DNA from: Burkholderiaceae bacterium
GTDB taxonomy: Bacteria > Pseudomonadota > Gammaproteobacteria > Burkholderiales > Burkholderiaceae_A
DNA: 64,000 nucleotides
Reading direction: 5' to 3'
Assembly (NCBI GenBank): GCA_018882795.1
Contig: VERJ01000002.1
Span: 12,049-76,048, forward strand
Notes under the pieces: model-generated
Database searches by the model: none
Told to the model about the DNA's origin: nothing
Seen by the model: only the letters and a program-made list of their open reading frames with translations
Shown: piece after piece, positions 47,998 to 56,708 of the stretch
Numbering within the stretch: the first letter of the stretch is position 1
Layout: each line of letters starts with the position of its first letter
Translations under genes and position numbers: made by a program

Positions 47998-48468
47998 ATG
48001 GCCTTTGAGCTGATTTATGGCAAATCGCCGTCGGGGCTCGTATATCCCTTCAATCTTGCATTGATCTCAATTCTTCTCGTCGCTGTCATTACCGATTTGA
48101 TGGCCAGAACCGTACCGAATTGGTTGATTTTTCTTGGTTTGATGTCTGCATTGACGATCTCGGCAGCGATGAATGGATTTATGGGGCTGGGATTTATGGC
48201 TCTGGGTTTTGCAGCTGGCATCTTGTTTTTTCTCCCGATCTATCTGACTGGTTTGCTCGGTGCCGGTGATGTGAAATTAATTGGGATTGTCGGGGCGTTT
48301 CTGGGCCTGCACCAGATGCTGGTCTCTGCAGTACTTATTTTCCTTGTTGGAGGTTTGATCAGTCTTTTTATGCTGGGTCGACATCGTTCTAGTAGGCATT
48401 TACCTCAGGTGCCTTATGCCGTGGCCATTGCCGCAGGTGTATTTGCACATTTGATCATTTTCAATTGA
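47998..48468 (+). CDS. cpaA: A24 prepilin peptidase
   Basis: TDL...VPN, GAGDVKL, PYAVAI. Confidence 0.9.
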   Translation: MAFELIYGKSPSGLVYPFNLALISILLVAVITDLMARTVPNWLIFLGLMSALTISAAMNGFMGLGFMALGFAAGILFFLPIYLTGLLGAGDVKLIGIVGAFLGLHQMLVSAVLIFLVGGLISLFMLGRHRSSRHLPQVPYAVAIAAGVFAHLIIFN

Positions 48469-48504
48469 TTTGTGTTTTTCTACGATTAAAAAAGGGATTT
48501 CATC

Positions 48505-49305
48505 ATGGCCAATCGGCGGGCGATTATTTTTCTTTTGCTTTCCCTACTGACCGGCGCAACAGCGGTCGGAGTAGCGGCGTTTTGGATGAAACAAAAAATG
48601 TCAGATGCAACCGTTTCGGTTGTAGTCGCCAGCCGCGATCTTCTTGCTGGTGAAAAACTTACTGCTGATAATCTCAAAGTTGTGAGCTGGCCTAGTGGTG
48701 CACATATCAAAGGGTCATCCACCACCGTACAGTCCCTGGACGGCAGGGTAACTGCAGCCACGGTCGTGATGGGTGAACCGATCCTGGAGGGCCGGCTTGC
48801 ACCTGTTGGTAGCAAGGCGGGCCTAAGTGCCATCATCACGCCGGGCCATCGTGCCCTGACAGTGAAAGTCAACGAGGTTGTGGGCGTGGCGGGCTTTGCC
48901 ATGCCGGGGAATTATGTGGATGTCCTCGTTACGATTCATCAAGACAACAAACCTCCGATTTCAAAAATCGTTCTAGAGAAAATCTTGGTGCTGGCCACGG
49001 CCCAGGAGCACATGGTGCGCGACGAGGCAAAACCCAAGGTGGTGAATGCGGTTACGTTGGAGGTCACGCCAGAGCAGGCGGAAAAGCTTGATCTCGCAAG
49101 AAGTGTCGGCACGCTTTCCATGGCCCTGCGCAACCAGATTGATCAGCAACAAGTCACTACGCGGGGAGCGTTGATTGGAGATGTTCTGAAGGCGCCATCA
49201 GTATCAATGCCGAAGGCCAGTGCACGCGAGGTGGTTGCTGGCTCGGGAGTCCCTGAGATCGAGGTTATTCGGGGTGTTGTGCGCACCAATGTCAGTGTCC
49301 GTTGA
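48505..49305 (+). CDS. cpaB: Flp pilus assembly protein CpaB/RcpC
   Basis: VVVASRDL SAF domain, GVAGF..PG..VDV, VTLEVTPEQAE. Confidence 0.92.
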   Translation: MANRRAIIFLLLSLLTGATAVGVAAFWMKQKMSDATVSVVVASRDLLAGEKLTADNLKVVSWPSGAHIKGSSTTVQSLDGRVTAATVVMGEPILEGRLAPVGSKAGLSAIITPGHRALTVKVNEVVGVAGFAMPGNYVDVLVTIHQDNKPPISKIVLEKILVLATAQEHMVRDEAKPKVVNAVTLEVTPEQAEKLDLARSVGTLSMALRNQIDQQQVTTRGALIGDVLKAPSVSMPKASAREVVAGSGVPEIEVIRGVVRTNVSVR

Positions 49306-49328
49306 GATTCTTTTCAGGCTGGAGAACT

Positions 49329-50885
49329 ATGAAAAATAAAAGTTTGCAACTGTTGATGGCTGTCGGCTTTGGATTGATGGTCCATACCGTAAGCGCGGCC
49401 CCACAGTCGGATAACCCAACTTCTTCGGCAGCCGATCTGCCGACCAAGCGGGTGGAAGCCCCGCTGGCTTTAGTGTCGGGCAAGTCAATTGTTGTGCCAA
49501 TCGAGGGCGGCATCACGCGAGTCTCTGTGGCCAACCCAGAGATGGCCGATGTCACCGTCATTGCTGGGCGTGAGCTCTATGCCATTGGTAAGAAAGTGGG
49601 CGCTACGAATATCTTTCTTTGGAATAAGACGGGTCAGATCACGGTCATAGATGTAGTGGTTTCTGGCGACACACTGAGTCTACAAAGCAAACTCCGTGAG
49701 TTGATGCCGACCGAGCAGCAGCTACATGTGAGCTCTGCCGGTGAGGCCCTGGTGCTAACTGGACAGGTGGCTGATGCCGCGAAAGTCCAGCGCGCGGTTC
49801 TGATTGCTGAGCAGTTTTCAGAGAAGAAGATCATCAATCTCTTGGGTGTAGGCGAGTTGCCCCAGGTTCTGCTGGAGGTCAAGGTCGCTGAGGTGTCTAA
49901 AAAGCTGACCGATAAGCTCGGCATGTCATTGGGCGTGAATGGCGCAAGGGGATCGTTTCAGTATCAGATCTTGGGCAATCTGTTGACTGGCGGGGTGTTC
50001 AGCACGCCGCAGGGCACCGGATCGGGAATTGGTCTGACAAAGGGAAATGACAGCTTTAAGCTAGAGGCGGAGATTAAAAATGGTCTGATCAAGGTCCTTG
50101 CTGAGCCGAACATCATCGCTGTGAGCGGTCAGGAAGGTGCGTTTTTGGCCGGTGGCAAGATCTTCATTCCGGTACCACAGTCGGGCGGAACAGGCATCTC
50201 GGCGATCACCTTGGAAGAGCGTGAGTATGGTGTTGGCCTGCGCTTTCTGCCGACAGTGCTGGAGGGTGGCAAGATCAATCTTCGGGTAACACCGGAAGTG
50301 TCCGAGCTTGCGCAGCAGGGCACCACCGTTGCGTCGGGGAATATCACCACCGTGCTGCCCACAATTTCCACCCGCCGTGCGTCCACCACGGTGCAGCTGA
50401 TGGATGGCCAGAGCTTTGCAATTGGCGGTCTGATCAAAAACAATGTTTCAGAGAGCATTTCTGGTTTTCCTTTCCTGAGTGAGCTACCGATTCTGGGGGC
50501 ATTGTTTCGCAGCAGCGAATTTATCAATGACCGCAGCGAGCTGATGTTCCTGGTCACACCTAGATTGGTTAAACCCTTGGCCACTCCCGCAGCGCTGCCC
50601 ACCGATGGGTTCATTCCGCCCTCTCGATTCGAATTCATGATGAATGGCCAGATGCAGGGTAAACCTGCGCCATCAAAGGAGCCTGTGCGATTGGATAGAA
50701 AGCCAAGCCTATCGCGGGCCGCACCACCTGCCGATGTCGCCGCAACCGTAGACCCTGTTGATTCACGCGATCCGAGTGCTGCGGATCCCGTCGCTGTAGA
50801 CCCTATTCAGGCAAGCACGATTCCAGCAGATGCTGTCGATACTGCTGATCTGAACATCGATATCCCGAAGGAGGGCAACGAATGA
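49329..50885 (+). CDS. cpaC: Tad secretin CpaC/RcpA
   Basis: QVLLEVKVAEV, LAEPN, FLAGG, LPILGALFRS, VTPRLV. Confidence 0.92.
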   Translation: MKNKSLQLLMAVGFGLMVHTVSAAPQSDNPTSSAADLPTKRVEAPLALVSGKSIVVPIEGGITRVSVANPEMADVTVIAGRELYAIGKKVGATNIFLWNKTGQITVIDVVVSGDTLSLQSKLRELMPTEQQLHVSSAGEALVLTGQVADAAKVQRAVLIAEQFSEKKIINLLGVGELPQVLLEVKVAEVSKKLTDKLGMSLGVNGARGSFQYQILGNLLTGGVFSTPQGTGSGIGLTKGNDSFKLEAEIKNGLIKVLAEPNIIAVSGQEGAFLAGGKIFIPVPQSGGTGISAITLEEREYGVGLRFLPTVLEGGKINLRVTPEVSELAQQGTTVASGNITTVLPTISTRRASTTVQLMDGQSFAIGGLIKNNVSESISGFPFLSELPILGALFRSSEFINDRSELMFLVTPRLVKPLATPAALPTDGFIPPSRFEFMMNGQMQGKPAPSKEPVRLDRKPSLSRAAPPADVAATVDPVDSRDPSAADPVAVDPIQASTIPADAVDTADLNIDIPKEGNE

Positions 50886-51208
50886 TTTCAGTCACTTATA
50901 CCACTATGCGTTGGGCAGGTCTGGTCGCTATTGGATCACTGATGGGCTGTGCCCATCAGTATGCACCCGAAGCCACATTCGGGCTTACTGTCCAGCAGAG
51001 CATCCGCCAGCAATCAGTACGGGTGAATGGTGTTGGCCACGATCGCATTGAGCCGGGATTCGATGGTGCTGCAGCCAAGGCGGTGATGGATCGTTATGTT
51101 CGCAGTTATGAGCAGCCACAACCGCTGGGCAATGTCCTTCGGCTTGGTGTGGGAACACCGCTCACCGGCACAGGAATGGCAACGGCCACTCCCTCGGCAG
51201 CGAGGTAA
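50882..51208 (+). CDS. Tad-associated lipoprotein
   Basis: Lipobox LMGC; position directly after the secretin. Confidence 0.7.
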   Translation: MISVTYTTMRWAGLVAIGSLMGCAHQYAPEATFGLTVQQSIRQQSVRVNGVGHDRIEPGFDGAAAKAVMDRYVRSYEQPQPLGNVLRLGVGTPLTGTGMATATPSAAR

Positions 51209-51210
51209 GC

Positions 51211-52497
51211 ATGAGTGAAACTAATGCCATACTGGATCACGCGCGCCTGAAGTCTCACGTGCACAGCCAACTGCTTAAGATCCTGGATCTGTCAGTCATG
51301 GAGCGTCTATCCTCAGATGATTTGCGGGTCGAACTCTCTGGGGCAGTAAAACGTATTGTGAACGACGAACGCATTACGTTGGATCCATCGGATCTAGGCC
51401 AATTGGTACTCAATATCCAGAATGAGGTGATGGGTCTGGGCCCAATTGAACCGCTGATTGCCGATCCGACTGTCTCCGATATTCTGGTCAATGGTCCCAT
51501 GTCAATCTATGTGGAGCGCTATGGGCGGCTTGAGCCTACATCCGTGCGATTTTCTAATCATGATCATGTGTTGCGAATCATTGAGAAAATCGTTTCTCGG
51601 GTGGGCAGAAGAATCGATGAGTCCAGTCCCATGGTGGATGCCCGTCTGCCCGATGGGTCGCGGGTCAATGCCATCATTCCGCCGCTGGCGCTTGATGGCC
51701 CTGTTCTATCGATCCGACGATTCAGTGTTACACCTTTTGGAATCAAAGAACTGATTGATCACGGCACCCTATCGGCTGACATGGCAAGTGTGATCGAGTC
51801 CCTGGTCCGTTATAAAACCAATGTGCTGATCTCTGGCGGGACAGGTAGCGGCAAGACCACACTGCTAAATGTGCTTTCTTCGTTTGTACCCGCAGATGAG
51901 CGGATTATCACCATCGAAGATGCTGCTGAGCTTCGGCTTCAGCAGCCCCATGTGGTGAGGCTCGAGACCCGTCCTGCCAACGTTGAAGGCAAGGGCGAGA
52001 TCAGCCAACGCTCTTTGGTGAAAAACAGTCTACGCATGCGTCCGGATCGCATTGTGGTCGGCGAGGTCCGCGGTGCCGAGGTGCTCGACATGCTGCAAGC
52101 CATGAACACTGGCCACCAAGGATCGATGACCACAATTCATGCGAATTCTCCCAGGGACGCCATGATTCGGCTGGAGAATATGGTGAGTCTTGCCGGCATC
52201 AAGGTGGGTATTCATCCCATTCGGCGTCAGATTGCTTCAGCAATCAATGTCGTGATTCAGGTCGCACGACTCTCCGATGGAACGCGAAAAGTACTGAGCG
52301 TGCAAGAGATCACGGGCATGGAGGGTGACATGATCGAGATGCAAGAAATCTTCTCCTATGAACAGCATGGACTCTCCGCTGAAGGTAGGGTCAATGGGGC
52401 TTTTGTGGCCTCGGGTATTCGGCCCAGATTTGCAGAGCATATCGCTCGTGAAGGGTATCAGCTTCCGGATCATCTTTTTGTGCCACCCGTGCAGTAG
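51211..52497 (+). CDS. cpaF: Tad motor ATPase CpaF/TadA
   Basis: [27 protein letters not shown]. Confidence 0.95.
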   Translation: MSETNAILDHARLKSHVHSQLLKILDLSVMERLSSDDLRVELSGAVKRIVNDERITLDPSDLGQLVLNIQNEVMGLGPIEPLIADPTVSDILVNGPMSIYVERYGRLEPTSVRFSNHDHVLRIIEKIVSRVGRRIDESSPMVDARLPDGSRVNAIIPPLALDGPVLSIRRFSVTPFGIKELIDHGTLSADMASVIESLVRYKTNVLISGGTGSGKTTLLNVLSSFVPADERIITIEDAAELRLQQPHVVRLETRPANVEGKGEISQRSLVKNSLRMRPDRIVVGEVRGAEVLDMLQAMNTGHQGSMTTIHANSPRDAMIRLENMVSLAGIKVGIHPIRRQIASAINVVIQVARLSDGTRKVLSVQEITGMEGDMIEMQEIFSYEQHGLSAEGRVNGAFVASGIRPRFAEHIAREGYQLPDHLFVPPVQ

Positions 52498-52511
52498 GAG
52501 AGCGAATTCAC

Positions 52512-53477
52512 ATGATGCAAAGCTTGTTCTTTGGATTACTGTTTGTGTCTGCGGCACTATTGGCTGGTGCGGCCATGATGTTTTGGCAATACCTCTCTGA
52601 TCTCGGTTCGGCCTCTCGTGCGGTCATGCTATCTGCGGTGGACTCAGCGGATATGCCTACCCAGGGCAGGGTCTATCGAGACTTGCGCGTGAGCGCTTCC
52701 GCCTGGATGGATCAGTGGCTAAGATCTAATTCAAAAGTGCAGTCTGTTCAGCAAATGGTCGCCCAATCAGGCGTGCGTTTGTATGTGGATCAACTCTTGG
52801 CCATCAGCGTTTCCTTGGGAGCATTTTTGGCCGTAGGCGCTGGGCTGCTGGGCTGGCCGATCACCTTTGCGGTCCCCCTTGGCACAGTCGGACTTATGCT
52901 GCCATGGTTGGTACTGCGTTATCGAAAGAAAAAGCGACTCCAGGTGATCGAGGAGCAGTTGCCAGATGCGCTGGATGCGATATCCCGGGCGATGCAGGCG
53001 GGGAATTCTCTGGCCGGTGCGTTGGCTGCGGTCAGCAAGGAATCCCCCGACCCACTGGGCGGAGAGTTGCGGATTGTCTCCGAGGAAATCAACTTCGGCC
53101 GCTCGGTGAAGGATGGATTGCTGGGCTTTTCTCAGCGGCTCGATAGCCTGGATATTCGCTACTTTGTGTTGGCGGTGTTGATCCATAGCCAGACGGGTGG
53201 CAATCTCTCCTCCCTGTTGTCAAGCCTGGCCACGTTGATTCGCGAGCGGATGCGGCTAAAGCGTAGGGCCCGGGTCTTGTCGGCCGAGGGGCGACTCTCA
53301 GGATGGGTACTCACCCTTCTACCTTTCATCACCGCGTTTCTTATTTATCTGATGAATCCGGATTTTTTAAAGGTCCTGTGGACGACATCCACTGGGATTC
53401 TCTTACTGCAGATCAATGCGGTCATGATGACGATTGGCCTGTATTGGATGTGGAAGATCGTTCATTTTCGAATCTAG
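52512..53477 (+). CDS. tadB: TadB inner-membrane platform protein
   Basis: QLPDALD, TGGNL, SAEGRLS. Confidence 0.9.
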   Translation: MMQSLFFGLLFVSAALLAGAAMMFWQYLSDLGSASRAVMLSAVDSADMPTQGRVYRDLRVSASAWMDQWLRSNSKVQSVQQMVAQSGVRLYVDQLLAISVSLGAFLAVGAGLLGWPITFAVPLGTVGLMLPWLVLRYRKKKRLQVIEEQLPDALDAISRAMQAGNSLAGALAAVSKESPDPLGGELRIVSEEINFGRSVKDGLLGFSQRLDSLDIRYFVLAVLIHSQTGGNLSSLLSSLATLIRERMRLKRRARVLSAEGRLSGWVLTLLPFITAFLIYLMNPDFLKVLWTTSTGILLLQINAVMMTIGLYWMWKIVHFRI

Positions 53478-53486
53478 GGGTCGATC

Positions 53487-54434
53487 ATGTCATCTCTTGC
53501 AATTGCGTTGTTGATGCTGTTGTTTTTTCTAGCATCGGGTCTGACCTGGATTCTGATTGGCTTTGGATTTGCCTTGCGGCCCCTGATATCGAGAGGCCCG
53601 GGATGGAATCTTGATGCGCTTAAGCGCGAAGCAGCCCATCAGATGCTGGGCCTTTCGCAGCGGCTATCCCCGATTCTCAAACCCATGACGCCCGAATCCG
53701 CGCTCAGCCCTGATTGGCTTGAGTCCCCATTACGATTGAAACTCATTCGGGCGGGGTTTCGTGGCCCATCTACGGTGCCGATCTATTTTTCGCTCAAGGT
53801 GTTATCGGCTGGTCTGTTGGTGATACTGGTGTTACTACTCAACCTCCTAGCCAAGTGGGATCTTCCCACGATCACGCTGGTCACGCTGGTGATGGTGGCA
53901 ATAGGAATTGGGTTCTACCTCCCGGATCTGGTGTTGCGCATTCGTACTGCTGATCGGCAACGCTGGATTCTGGAGCAGCTGCCGGATAGTCTGGATCTGA
54001 TGCGTATCTGCCTTGAGGCTGGCCTTGGTCTTGATGCAGCGATTCTGCGGGTGAGCCAGGAATTCAAGGGCGTCTGCCCCCCGCTCTACCAGGAGCTCCA
54101 TACGATTACCTTAGAGCTGCGCGCCGGTAGTGCCCGAAACGAGGCCTTACGACACTTTGCCGCAAGAACTGGGTTGCAGCAGGTCAATTCTATGGTATCG
54201 ACCCTGATTCAGTCAGATCGCTTCGGCACTGGCATCGCAGACACGATCCGTATCCATGCCGAGCACTTGCGGCTGGAACGTCGACTGAAGGCGGAAGAGA
54301 CCGCCGCAAAGATGGCCACCAAATTACTTTTTCCTCTGGTGTTCTGCATTTTCCCAGCGCTGTTACTGGTTCTGGTGGGACCAGCGGGTATCACAGTGAA
54401 GCAGCATCTTTCCCCGGAAACTATCAGCCGATGA
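53487..54434 (+). CDS. tadC: TadC inner-membrane platform protein
   Basis: LPDSLDL, EAGLGLD, KLLFPLVFCIFP. Confidence 0.9.
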   Translation: MSSLAIALLMLLFFLASGLTWILIGFGFALRPLISRGPGWNLDALKREAAHQMLGLSQRLSPILKPMTPESALSPDWLESPLRLKLIRAGFRGPSTVPIYFSLKVLSAGLLVILVLLLNLLAKWDLPTITLVTLVMVAIGIGFYLPDLVLRIRTADRQRWILEQLPDSLDLMRICLEAGLGLDAAILRVSQEFKGVCPPLYQELHTITLELRAGSARNEALRHFAARTGLQQVNSMVSTLIQSDRFGTGIADTIRIHAEHLRLERRLKAEETAAKMATKLLFPLVFCIFPALLLVLVGPAGITVKQHLSPETISR

Positions 54435-54883
54435 TCAAACTCATGAGTATTCAAGTCTTTCCCCGGATTCGAAAACGCCCCTGTCGAGGCGCATCGGCGA
54501 TTGAATTCGCCTTGATGTTGCCCCTGTTGCTTCTTCTGCTCTTTGGCATTATTGAAACCAGCATCGCGCTGTATGACAAGGCCATTATCACTAATGCTTC
54601 TCGGGAGGCAGCCCGTGCAGGCGTGGTCATGAGTAAGACTCGATTGTCAGATTCAGAGATTGAGCAGGTCGCACTAAGTTACTGTGGCAACCGGTTGATC
54701 AGCTTTGGGGCGCTCTCCAGTGCACCCAAGGTAACGGTACAGCGGCCTGCGAGTCCGATGACTAACGATCCCTTAACCGTCTCTATCGCCTACACTTATT
54801 CTGGGTTTGGACTAGGGCGTCTTTATGCTGCGTGGGTGGGCCCTATTCAACTCACAGCCACTACGGTCATGACCTATGAATAA
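54431..54883 (+). CDS. tadE: TadE-like pseudopilin
   Basis: RG|ASAIEFAL, ASREAAR. Confidence 0.85.
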   Translation: MIKLMSIQVFPRIRKRPCRGASAIEFALMLPLLLLLLFGIIETSIALYDKAIITNASREAARAGVVMSKTRLSDSEIEQVALSYCGNRLISFGALSSAPKVTVQRPASPMTNDPLTVSIAYTYSGFGLGRLYAAWVGPIQLTATTVMTYE

Positions 54884-55928
54884 ATTAAGTGCACCCAGAG
54901 GCGTGATTGCAATGGTTGTGGCCTTGCTGACCACCGTGCTGATCGCATGCGCAGCGCTGGCTGTGGATCTGGCCTATGTGTTTGTTGTGCGCAATGAACT
55001 GCAGAATGCGGCCGATGCCGCCGCACTCTCTGGGGCAGGGCGCCTGTATACCAACAACTCCGGCCCGAATTGGAGTGATGCCGAACTGCAGGCAGCCACA
55101 GTGACACAACTCAATCGTAGTGAGTATCGGGCGATTCAGGATCCTGAGATCACTGTCGGTTACTGGTCTGGTGGTGCAACCCCACCCGCGATGGAGTCAT
55201 CCGGTACCACACCGTCCGCAGGTGATTTGGCCGCCGTCATGGTGAGAATTCAAAAGGTTCAGGCCAATCGTAATGGTCCGGTCCGCCCCCTTTTCGCCAC
55301 TGTGATGGGGAAAAAAGAAATCGAGGTGGGTGCGATGGCGATTGCCGCCGTCGGTTCGCCCAGCTATGTTGGTGAGCATGCCTTATTTCCTTTTGTCATG
55401 AGTAAGTGCATGTATGACACCTACTGGAATGCATCAGCTTCTCCGCCGGGGCCCAGGAATGACCCAAAGACTGGCCAGCCCTATGTGTTTGTGATTGAGC
55501 CAGAGCCCAAAAAACCTGGTACTCAGCCGTGCGAGACGGGGGGGCGTGGGGTCTGGACAACTTTTTTTAATGTCAACGCGGGTACAAATGTAGTCAAGGA
55601 TTTAATCACTACATTTAATTTGGAGCCTCTGAAAATTGGCGATCAAATCTGGATTCCCTCGGGTATTACTGCCGTCAATTATGGGTTGACGCAGGCCTGC
55701 TCTGAGGCAGGCAACGGCTCCTGCGGTGTTGTCTCGGTTGCCGTTGTACAGGATCTACTGCAAAAGACCAATGCCACAGTTGTTGGGTTCTCCTGCTTGA
55801 AGATCAAGGATGCCAATCAGGGTAATAAAACCCTTACGGTGCAGATGACCAAGAACTGTGTGCCACCTGGTTCGGGTGGAAGTGGCCCAGACTACGGCAG
55901 CCGCACACCACCCCGGCTGGTGAACTGA
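54876..55928 (+). CDS. tadG: TadG-like pilus assembly / tip protein
   Basis: ALAVDL, ELQNAADAAALSG, Cys-rich C-terminus ending RLVN. Confidence 0.82.
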   Translation: MNKLSAPRGVIAMVVALLTTVLIACAALAVDLAYVFVVRNELQNAADAAALSGAGRLYTNNSGPNWSDAELQAATVTQLNRSEYRAIQDPEITVGYWSGGATPPAMESSGTTPSAGDLAAVMVRIQKVQANRNGPVRPLFATVMGKKEIEVGAMAIAAVGSPSYVGEHALFPFVMSKCMYDTYWNASASPPGPRNDPKTGQPYVFVIEPEPKKPGTQPCETGGRGVWTTFFNVNAGTNVVKDLITTFNLEPLKIGDQIWIPSGITAVNYGLTQACSEAGNGSCGVVSVAVVQDLLQKTNATVVGFSCLKIKDANQGNKTLTVQMTKNCVPPGSGGSGPDYGSRTPPRLVN

Positions 55929-55930
55929 CG

Positions 55931-56335
55931 TCAGGGTGTTTTAGGGGAACAGGAAGGCCTGTCTTTCGCGGATATCAGCAGAAAGACGGCTGCCGCAGCC
56001 AGCAGGCCCCAGGCAACGCGACGCAGCACAGGAGAATGTTTCAAAATTCCGGCAATGGTCCTCGCGATGCGCAATCCTGGTGACAGAGATGCTGCATTGA
56101 TGCTTGGGTTGGATGAGTCCGCGTGCAAAAGGCTTTGAGAAAACGACCGTAGATTGAATCGCAATAGGCTCAACAGCAGAATATGCAGCAGGAAGTAGCT
56201 GAGACCAATGGCGGCAATCACAGTGGTGGTGATCACCGCGTTGCCAAAGCTGAGCAATAAGATGATCCAGGTCAGGAAAGACAGCGCGGCGGCTGCCAGT
56301 CCTGATAATAAGACGATCAGATACAGTGAAAGCAC
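55931..56335 (-). CDS. Hypothetical membrane protein, possibly a degenerate YqjE-like partner of DUF883
   Basis: 2-3 hydrophobic segments immediately downstream of DUF883; start uncertain (GTG 56335). Confidence 0.4.
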   Translation of the reverse strand: MLSLYLIVLLSGLAAAALSFLTWIILLLSFGNAVITTTVIAAIGLSYFLLHILLLSLLRFNLRSFSQSLLHADSSNPSINAASLSPGLRIARTIAGILKHSPVLRRVAWGLLAAAAVFLLISAKDRPSCSPKTP

Positions 56336-56343
56336 TATATGGC

Positions 56344-56646
56344 TTAGCGGCGCGTCAGCAGCATGCCCAACAACACCCCAATCCCCGTGGAGATCGCGAC
56401 AGCGGTCCACGGCTTTTCGTGTACATAGTGATCGGTAGTGTTGGCAAATTGTTTTCCGCGTGCTACTGCTGACTGTTGGAAGCTCTGCAGGTTGTTGATC
56501 GCCTGCTGCAGCAGTGACGCACCCTGGGCACAGAGCTCAGTGGCCTGTTCAGCGCCGGCATCCGAGGCATCTTTAAATAGCATTTGAGCGTCATTAATCA
56601 AGGTTTGGACATCTTTCTTGAGCACTTCCATATTCGCGTTTGTCAT
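56344..56646 (-). CDS. DUF883 (ElaB/YqjD) tail-anchored protein
   Basis: YVHEKPW...GVLLGMLLTRR C-terminus; GGAGG RBS. Confidence 0.9.
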   Translation of the reverse strand: MTNANMEVLKKDVQTLINDAQMLFKDASDAGAEQATELCAQGASLLQQAINNLQSFQQSAVARGKQFANTTDHYVHEKPWTAVAISTGIGVLLGMLLTRR

Positions 56647-56708
56647 AAACTAGCCTCCAGGTGTTGACAGTGTTCGATCAACGACTGTAAGGGGAGCTAA
56701 CCGCGCAA

